From Eledone cirrhosa (lineage: Eukaryota): a DNA stretch of 64,000 bases. Below the pieces are notes generated by a model. That model had not been told where the DNA came from, did not search any database, and worked only from the letters and a program-made list of their open reading frames with translations. This document shows, one piece after another, positions 55,288-64,000 of this stretch (position 1 is the first letter of the stretch; each line of letters opens with the position of its first letter). The DNA lies in assembly GCA_964016885.1 (NCBI GenBank), contig OZ024764.1, positions 9,548,001 to 9,612,000 on the forward strand. Direction: 5' to 3'. The position numbers were made by a program, and so were the translations under genes.

Positions 55288-56245
55288 ATATATATATGTG
55301 GGTGTGTGTGTATATATATATGTGGGTGTGTGTGTATATATATATATATGTCAACAACTGGTTTTTGCCTGCATTACCAGTAGCTTCAACACCACCACAA
55401 CCTCCAACATCATTTCCACCACCAACAACACCCCCACCACCCCCATCAGCGCCACCACCACCGCTACCACCACAACCGCCACCACCACCACCACCACACC
55501 AACACCACCTCCAACACCACCACCACTACACCACCACAACCTCCAACATCACCCCCCCCCCCCCCACCTCACTCCACCACCCCAAAACACCCCACAACCG
55601 CCGCCATCTCCACCACCACCACCACCACCCCCAACACCACCACCTCCAACACCACCAACACCACCACAACCACCAAAAAACACCCCACACCCCCACAACC
55701 GCTGCCACCTCCACCACACCACCACCACCACCCCCAACACCACCACCTCCAACACCACCATCACCACCACCACAACCACCACCACCACCACAACACCAGC
55801 TCCGCCGCTACACCACTACCCCCCCCCCCACCACCACCATTTCCCCCACCCTCCCAATCATCTCCAACAATTAATATATTTGCAATATCAATTAATCTAT
55901 CAACTTAACGAGATGACAAATTAATTGAAATTTCAACTTAATTGACATTTCAAATACATTACCTAATGTGTGCGCCCTTATTGTTGTTGATGCTGTTGTT
56001 GTTGTTGTTGGTGGCGGCGGTGTTGTTTAGCCCAAGGTCAGTCCTGATCCAGTAGACCTATGAGAGGATCAAAGATGTTCCAACTGTGACCATCCTGTCT
56101 TTTATAGACACAGTGTATCTGGGACTACATTATCTAATGTGTGCTTGCGTTTTCTTATAGACTTATACATATAGAGAAAAAAATATATATATTTATATAT
56201 ACAATTAACAACAAAGAGCGCTTAGAACATAGGTATATCCTTAAT

Positions 56246-56291
56246 TGCTAACAGTGTTTCGTCCACACTAGAAGTGGGACTCTTCAGAGCA
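56246..56291 (-). ncRNA. Minimal type I hammerhead ribozyme
   Basis: Minus strand: tgct CTGAAGA gtcccac-ttcta-gtgtggac GAAA cactg TT agca. Confidence 0.82.
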
Positions 56292-56597
56292 TAAAGAGTG
56301 AATACATAGTATACAAGCATTGACAAAGCCAAAATAGAAGAATATATGTGGGGATACCATAAGTTGGGAGGAGTTTAAAGAGTAAAGTAAAAGGAGCAAA
56401 ATAAGAAGAGTAAAATAAAAATAAACATAAAAATAAGAATAAGATTAAGAATAAAAAAAGAATAAGATTAAGAATAAAAATAAAATTCTCTCCCTTGTAT
56501 ATTTATATATATATATGAATGAAAATAGACCGAGAAACGGGACTGTCCATCATCAGTGGTCTGCTGTCTATAATTGGTATTTCTTTGTATTACAGAG

Positions 56598-58131
56598 TAC
56601 CCGACCTCCCATGGGTACATGCTGAAGCATATAAACAATATGCCCCCACACCCCCCACCGCAAGGTGGTCGTGGAGGTGCCACGGCAAAAAAGCACCCAG
56701 CCCACACTGTAAAGTGGTCGTGTAGGCGCCACGAAAAAGCACCCAGCACTCACTGTAAAGTGGTCGTGTAGGCGCCACGAAAAAGCACCCAGCCCACACT
56801 GTAAAGTGGTCGTGTAGGCGCCACGAAAAAGCACCCAGCCCACACTGTAAAGTGGTCGTGTAGGCGCCACGAAAAAGCACCCAGCCCACACTGTAAAGTG
56901 GTCGTGTAGGCGCCACGAAAAAGCACCCAGCCCACACTGTAAAGTGGTCGTGTAGGCGCCACGAAAAAGCACCCAGCCCACACTGTAAAGTGGTCGTGTA
57001 GGCGCCACGAAAAAGCACCCAGCACTCACTGTAAAGTGGTCGTGTAGGCGCCACGAAAAAGCACCCAGCCCACACTGTAAAGTGGTCGTGTAGGCGCCAC
57101 GAAAAAGCACCCAGCACTCGCTGTAAAGTGGTCGTGTAGGCGCCACGAAAAAGCACCCAGCCCACACTGTAAAGTGGTCGTGTAGGCGCCACGAAAAAGC
57201 ACCCAGCACTCACTGTAAAGTGGTCGTGTAGGCGCCACGAAAAAGCACCCAGCCCACACTGTAAAGTGGTCGTGTAGGCGCCACGAAAAAGCACCCAGCC
57301 CACACTGTAAAGTGGTCGTGTAGGCGCCACGAAAAAGCACCCAGCACTCACTGTAAAGTGGTCGTGTAGGCGCCACGAAAAAGCACCCAGCCCACACTGT
57401 AAAGTGGTTGTGTAGGCGCCACGAAAAAGCACCCAGCACTCACTGTAAAGTGGTCGTGTAGGCGCCACGAAAAAGCACCCAGCCCACACTGTAAAGTGGA
57501 CATGTAGGCACCCACGAAAAAGCACCCAGCACTCACTGTAAAGTGGACGTGTAGGCCCCACGAAAAATCACCCAGCCCACCACACTGTAAAGTGGTCGTG
57601 TAGGCGCCACGAAAAAGCACCCAGCACTCACTGTAAAGTGGTCGTGTAGGCGCCACGAAAAAGCACCCAGCACTCACTGTAAAGTGGTCGTGTAGGCGCC
57701 ACGAAAAAGCACCCAGCCCACACTGTAAAGTGGGGTCGTGGAGGCCCCACGAAAAAGCACCCAGCCCACACTGTAAAGTGGTCGTGTAGGCGCCACGAAA
57801 AAGCACCCAGCCCACACTGTAAAGTGGACGTGTAGGCGCCACGAAAAAGCACCCAGCCCACACTGTAAAGTGGTCGTGTAGGCGCCACGAAAAAGCACCC
57901 AGCCCACACTGTAAAGTGGGGTCGTGGAGGCGCCACGAAAAAGCACCCAGCACTCACTGTAAATGAGGTTGGTGTTAGGAAGGGCATCCAGCTGTAGAAA
58001 TCAAGCCAGAATCAGTTCCTGTATGAGCAAGGCATGGTCAGCCGACCAGACACTGCCCACAACAGGACAACCCGTCTAACCCATGCTAGCGTGGAAGAAC
58101 GGACGTAAAACGGTGATGATGATGATGATGA
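56598..58131 (+). mobile_element. SINE-body/RTE-tail element with a 46-bp tandem array (~28 copies, 56664-57963)
   Basis: Unit gtggtcgtgtaggcgccacgaaaaagcacccagcccacactgtaaa. Flanks match 30130-30380. Confidence 0.92.
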
Positions 58132-58282
58132 TACCTCGAAATCAGTGCAATCAATAACTAAAATAAGTTATTGGGACAGGGCGACTTGGATGGGGAAAGT
58201 AAACAAACAACATAGTAGTAACGCAACGTAAAGAGAGGAAAAGAGAGACAAGTCAATGATACTTGTGGACTTAAGTCCGAAC

Positions 58283-58835
58283 AAATCAATCAACAAGAAG
58301 AGGAAGACACGTCCGAACCCCCGCGAAAAGTGAGAGAGAAAAGGATTTCACACAGGTCAGATGGGAGGAAGTGAGAGAGGGGGAGTAGCGGAGAGTGAGT
58401 GAGTGAAAGCGTGAGGAAGAGGCCAGCCGAGAGAGTGTGTGACCAGCAGAGGGGGTGAAAGAAAGCAAATCAATCAACAAGAAGAGGAAGACACGTCCGA
58501 ACCCCCGCGAAAAGTGAGAGAGAAAAGGATTTCACACAGGTCAGATGGGAGGAAGTGAGAGAGGGGGAGTAGCGGAGAGTGAGTGAGTGAAAGCGTGAGG
58601 AAGAGGCCAGCCGAGAGAGTGTGTGACCAGCAGAGGGGGTGAAAGAAAGCAAATCAATCAACAAGAAGAGGAAGACACGTCCGAACCCCCGCGAAAAGTG
58701 AGAGAGAAAAGGATTTCACACAGGTCAGATGGGAGGAAGTGAGAGAGGGGGAGTAGCGGAGAGTGAGTGAGTGAAAGTGTGAGGAAGAGGCCAGCCGAGA
58801 GAGTGTGTGACCAGCAGAGGGGGTGAAGGAAAGCA
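58283..58835. repeat. 184-bp tandem repeat x3 within a repeat homologous to 22960-23450
   Basis: Units start at 58283, 58467 and 58651 and are nearly identical. Confidence 0.93.
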
Positions 58836-59114
58836 AGAGGTACAAGGAGAGAGAAGGGGGAGAGAGAAAGAGGATAGCAGTAAGACAAACCACGGCTAAC
58901 ACACACACACGTATACATATTTATACTGCCAACACAAACACACACACATAATATAAACACAAATACACATATTTGAGAACACATACATACATACATATAT
59001 ATAACTTGCTTTTAGTGAATTTCTGCAGTGTCAGTGTATGTGTGTATACCCCTTGATGTAACCAACGGGATTTTACATATCTCTCTCTCTCTTTCTATAT
59101 ATATACATACACAC

Positions 59115-59616
59115 ATGTGTTGTTTCCTTGAGCAAGACACTTTATTTCACATTGCTCCAGTTTACTCAGCTGTAGAAATGAGATGATAGAGACCCCAGTC
59201 CCTATCATCTCATTTCTACAGCTGAGTAAACTGGAGCAATGTGAAATAAAGTGTCTTGCTCAAGGAAACAACACATCATCCGGTCTGAGAATTGAACTCA
59301 CAACCTTTCGATTGCAAGGTCAATGCTCTAACCACTAAGCCATGTGTCTTCATATAGATATATATATAAACCTCGTTTTTTATTTTGCTTTGCAAGATTT
59401 CTCATCTGAAAATGAGATGATAGGGACTGGGGTCCCTATCATTCCACTGCAAAGTGGTCGTGTAGGTGCCACGGCAAAAAAGCACCCAGCACTCCCTGTA
59501 AATGAGGTTGGTGTTAGGAAGGGCATCCAGCTGTAGAAATCAAGCCAGAATCAGTTCCCGTCCCACCCTTGCAAGGAGGGAAAAACGGATGTAAAATGAA
59601 ATGATGAATGATGATG

Positions 59617-59617
<1 letters not shown>
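59115..59617. mobile_element. Rearranged SINE B: fold-back CORE/head (59115-59349) plus separated 3' half (59408-59617)
   Basis: Palindrome 59115-59277 pivots on the SINE's internal hairpin atgatagggac/gtccctatcat. Confidence 0.85.
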
Positions 59618-59661
<44 letters not shown>

Positions 59662-59867
59662 GTATATATATATATATATATGAAAACAGGGAGAAATATA
59701 TATATGGAATCATGGATCGACTAAGCATTCTTGCTATATGAACACATTTTGATCTGCTTAACTTCATATCTCTCTCTCCCTCTCCCCTACTTTTCTCTCT
59801 TCCTTTCCTACTCTATCTTCCCCAACAACCCCACTTAAGGGTATTTACATTGTACATTTTACCATTC

Positions 59868-59979
59868 TGCTCTGAGGATACAGTGGTCACAGCATTGGAT
59901 ATTTGAGTTCTGCAAATACTTGTAAATTTGCACATAGCATAACTAGGCTGTAGTACCACCGTGGAAACATTTGTAAGCA
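59868..59979 (+). ncRNA. Type I hammerhead motif with greatly extended stem II
   Basis: tgct CTGAGGA tacagtggt...accaccgtg GAAA catttg TA agca, followed by aataaa. Confidence 0.68.
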
Positions 59980-60026
59980 CACGGAATAAATTACCTTTTT
60001 ATGATGTCTACCTGTTATTATTCATT

Positions 60027-60057
<31 letters not shown>

Positions 60058-60084
60058 ATGTAGGAGGTGAGTTTTATTGTAGTA

Positions 60085-60473
60085 CAATAAAGCAATGCAG
60101 ATATCGGATAAGAAGCACTCTACAGTTTGTAGGACTGGAGTATACATAATATATAAGATCAAAAGATGGTTAAATGAGTTCCATGTATTTTATTATGCGC
60201 ATTTCAAAAACAAACATCATCATGCAATAATATTTGTGTTTTCATCAGATAAAACAGGAGAACATGATATGAAGGCTAAAAAACACTTGTGGATAGTGCA
60301 GATATGTTGATTTAAAACTACACTATCCACAAGTGTTTTTTAGCCTTCATATCATGTTCTCCTGTTTTATCTGATGAAAACACAAATATTATTGCATGAT
60401 GATGTTTGTTTTTGAAATGCGCATAATAAAATACATGGAACTCCTTTAACCATCTTTTGATCTTATATATTAT
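60085..60473. mobile_element. Palindromic twin-hammerhead element with unpaired tail on the left
   Basis: Arms 60146-60298 and 60321-60473. Hammerheads at 60188-60254 (-) and 60365-60431 (+): ttttat CTGATGA aaacacaaatattat-tgc-atgatgatgtttgtttt(t) GAAA tgcgca TA ataaaa. Confidence 0.85.
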
Positions 60474-61295
60474 ATATATATATATGAAAACAGGGAGAAA
60501 TATATATATGGAATCATGGATCAACTAAGCATTCTTGCTATATGAACACATTTTGATCTGCTTAACTTCAAGAACTATGCCTGTAAATAACATTGTTTTT
60601 TCTTCCACATTGACTTTTTATGCTCTACATCACAGGTTCTCAACCCATTTAGGCCAAACGCCCCCTTTTGTCCCTCGAAATCACGAAACGCCCCTTACCC
60701 TATTTTTCCATTTTTCAATATACTACTGATTTTGATATCTGTAGATTACTAAAAAGTTGATTAACAATATTCCAAAGATACCATTGCAGGCAGCTGAGAG
60801 TATAAATACATTCCTTGAAAGGAAATATATAAATTTCAAAAAAAGGAATATAAATGTTCTTTTTTATGAATAAGGACCAGTTGAATTTGTTTTATTCCCA
60901 CCAGACGATACCAGCTATTTTGAACATTTATACAAGAGCAACTCTGTCTATCCAAAGAGTGCTCTTATCTGGAAGAAAGTGGCAATTATATCATTTCAAA
61001 GCTTTCCAATTTTCCCTTTAATGAAACAGACAGAATAAATGTTGATATCTAACTTGATGTCCCCTCTGCTTTGTGAGCTTAGAGACCACGGAAGAGGGTT
61101 TTCATGACCACGCGGGAGGGTATATTTATTAGTAAATGGTAAAATATATACAACAAATGAATAAGTGAATTGTAGTAGATGGTTTCCAGTCCAGTCAGAC
61201 TGCAACTACAAATAAAAAAAATTGTTAGTTTGCTTTGTAACAATAGCATATCTAAGTTTACGGATAAATCAATTTAGTTTAACTATGACCTCATT

Positions 61296-62270
61296 TCAAT
61301 GGGACCCTTGAACTTCATGGAGTCTAGCTAACTCTTTGACGCCAGGCTGGATTTTCGTAAGATGTAGCCGGAGATCTCCACATGTAATTACATTGTAGCG
61401 GTTGCGAGACTTACTGTGCAGTCTGAATTTCCTCTTGCATCCAAAAAAGGGGTTCACCTATTTTGGGAAATCTAATTTTGATCATGTCATCTGCTTGAAG
61501 TTCAATGAATTCTTCCTGAAATTTAACGTCCAAATCGTCGACGTTAGCTATGAAGGGATCTGCTACCCACATTGGGATGTCCATCGCAAAAGGTCGACAA
61601 ACTGTTCTCTCATGTTGTCTTGTAGCGCACGGAGGTGAGCGGTATAAATTTGGAGTTGGTCATCGCTTACAATGTTTTGAACATTGGCGACACTAGGAAA
61701 ATTATAGAATTCCCGTCAACAAAGATTCCTTTCGATGACATTCAATTTGGCCAGGAATGTTTTCACAGCATTCCTTGCTTTAAGCAAGGTGATCTTCTTC
61801 CCCTGCAAAGCCAAAATGACGCTATTGCATTTGTCGACGATGTCAGTGAGGTAGGCGCAGTTTTGCTTCAGATCGAGGGTTTTCTTGTACAGTTCTGTGT
61901 TGCGTCCTCGCAGAAACTCAATGATAGAGTCGAACAGTTCAAAGAAGTGAGTAAGGCTCTTGCCCTTTGAAAGCCACCTCACTTCATTATGAAGGAGCAG
62001 CTTGACGAATTCTTCGTCATTATCTTGGCACAGTTGCTGGAAAATTCGTTCATTGAGGGAATGCTGTTTGATAAAATTGATGACATCAGGGGCCACCTGC
62101 AAGGACTTGCTAAGTGGCTTGCTGAGTTTCTTCACAGCCAAGTGTTGTCGATGAATGACACAATGAACAACAAATACAGATAGATTTTCTCTCTTCAGAA
62201 GAGTGACGAAGCCCTTATGTTGGCCGACCATTGCTCTTGCGTCGTCCGTAGCACATGATACAATGTGAGT
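61296..62270 (-). pseudogene. Buster-type hAT transposase remnant (C-terminal half, frameshifted/deleted)
   Basis: CATDDARAMVGQHKGFV...HCVIHRQHLA...LLLHNEVRWLSKGK...AYLTDI...LQG, ending GDLRLHLTKIQPGVKEL...QGSH*. Confidence 0.9.
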
Positions 62271-62650
62271 TGTATTTGGTCCTAGATGTATGTATTACCT
62301 GCCTGTGTATTGTAGGTAGTCCTAGATGTATGTATTACCTGCCTGTGTGTTGTAGGTAGTCCTAGATATATGTATTACCTGATTATGTGTTGTATGTGGT
62401 CCTAGATGTGTGTATTACCTGATTATGTGTTGTATGTGGTCCTAGATGTTTGTATTACCTGATTATGTGTTGTATGTGGTCCTAGATGTTTGTATTACCT
62501 GCTTATGTGTTGTATGTGGTCCTATATGTATTACTTGCCTGTGTGTTGTATGTGGTCCTAGATGTGTGTATTACTTGCTTATGTGTTGTATGTGGTCCTA
62601 GATGTGTGTATTACTTGCTTATGTGTTGTATGTGGTCCTAGATGTGTGTG
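62270..62650. repeat. 40-bp minisatellite, ~9 copies, inside the hAT
   Basis: Unit gtggtcctagatgtgtgtattacctgattatgtgttgtat. Confidence 0.92.
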
Positions 62651-63488
62651 ATACCCGCTTCTATGTTTTTTTTATTTTTTTTTTATTTGTAATATTATTT
62701 ATCCAATAAGAAATAAAATAGATCTACATAGTGTTAACTCGTTACGGTTGAGTCAATAGTTTCAGACAGGATATACATTGTTATCGGTGAAGGAAAGACA
62801 AGATTCTAACAAGCTGCACTTGAAGTGTCATTGACCCAGTTGATGTGGGTTTTTCCATTGTTAGGATCTCAATTGCCGGTTATTGTCTAAACGCGCCTGC
62901 ACACCTGCTCACAGCTGCAGTCAGACTATAGTTATGCTGTCTGCATGCTCATTCAAATGCATTCACACTGACTGTCTCAAAGACATACAAATATGGCTTA
63001 TAAAACTTACCAAAGTAAAGAGCCTTCCAGTACACTCCAAAGCTACAAACGCCCCCCCCCCCCTAATGCCCCCTTGCTCCCAAACGCCTCCTGGAGTTCC
63101 GAAACGCCCCCTGGGGGTGCATATGCTTCCCGTTGAGAACCATTGCTCTACATTATGCCCGTTCTCTTTTTCTTTTTTCTTTTTACTTCATAAACCTTGT
63201 TTGTAAATAACATTATTCTTTCTGCACCTTCTGTTTAACATGTGCGACACCAGACTAATACATGTCATTATCATTTGATAATGCATAAAAATGCTGAAAC
63301 AGATAATAGACAATTATTAAATATATAAATAGATAAATAAATGCCATTGTTAAATAATAAATAAATCAACTAATACCTTAACACTTCACACAAAGTAAAA
63401 CATTTCGTAACCCAGAAAAAAGAGAGAGAGAAACAAAAAAGGAAAAACAATATATTTTTCTTCCTAATAATCGTCTCTTTCTCCCTGT

Positions 63489-63523
<35 letters not shown>

Positions 63524-63529
<6 letters not shown>

Positions 63530-63717
63530 ATAGAAGGAGCTTCTACAGGACTAGTACTGTTTCATTCAGATGAAATCTTCAGGAAGCTTCCTGAAGATTT
63601 CATCTGAATGAAACAGTACTAGTCCTGTAGAAGCTCCTTCTATAAAATAAAAAATTTTACTCTGCCATGTATTGAGTACCTTACTTACTGTGGTTATCCC
63701 CGACTCAACCCGGGACC
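63524..63717. mobile_element. Perfect 126-bp palindrome with twin hammerheads (family H2) plus tail
   Basis: 63524-63649 centred on aagctt. Motif gcttc CTGAAGA tttc-atct-gaat GAAA cag-tactagtc-ctg TA gaagc at 63586-63634 (+) and 63539-63587 (-). Confidence 0.85.
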
Positions 63718-63720
63718 TAC

Positions 63721-63760
<40 letters not shown>

Positions 63761-64000
63761 TAACTCGTGTGCTTCCTCTCCACATTTTATTATTATTATT
63801 ATATATATTTATTTTTAATTTCATTCGCACCGTTTCCTTTCGCGATATGTCTCTCCACCACTCCCCTACACACCCTTTGAACTCTGTTCCCACACACTTC
63901 TCACCTGAGGAAGGGCTTATGCCCGAAACGTCGTTCCCCACCACCACCCCACTCTCCAGAGCGTGAAATTAATAAACATTCGTTGTACTACCTCTCTGTT

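Larger units (their letters stand above)
60631..63145 (-). mobile_element. Internally deleted hAT (Buster/Charlie) DNA transposon
   Basis: 8-bp TSD ctctacat at 60623-30 and 63146-53. TIRs cacaggttctcaac / gttgagaaccattg. Transposase remnant inside. Confidence 0.92.

Noticed and set aside
56664-57963. CRISPR-like array (regular hairpin-containing repeat)
   Set aside because: Units are contiguous with no unique spacers, the sequence is a SINE segment, the context is eukaryotic and there are no cas genes.
61716-62231. Domesticated ZBED/SCAND3/FAM200-like host gene
   Set aside because: It lies between TIRs with an 8-bp TSD and is truncated and frameshifted, so it is a transposon remnant.

Overview
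Repeat-dominated eukaryotic DNA (intergenic or intronic). The SINE tails and extreme TA/GT/GGT microsatellite load suggest a coleoid cephalopod such as an octopus; this is inference. No intact host gene is visible, and nearly all ORFs in the track are microsatellite translations. Real coding remnants are all from transposons: an RTE-clade LINE whose RT carries an internal C4HC3 (PHD-like) finger (2..1255), several RTE 3' ends, three tandem R4/Dong-type 3' ends in a TAA tract, and a Buster/Charlie hAT with TIRs and an 8-bp TSD (60631..63145). Non-coding mobile elements include about 15 tRNA-CORE SINE copies with an RTE tail and two piggyBac-type MITEs. Several minisatellites derive from TE fragments. 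The main hidden signal is about 15 complete type-I hammerhead ribozyme motifs (CUGANGA-stem II-GAAA-minimal stem III-UH) from several unrelated families, with compensatory stem changes. Three sit as inverted pairs inside 120-330 bp palindromes, and many are followed by a shared ACTC...GAGTRC hairpin. The architecture fits short Penelope-like (PLE) or retrozyme-like elements inserted into TA microsatellites. All folds were done by eye and none was computed.
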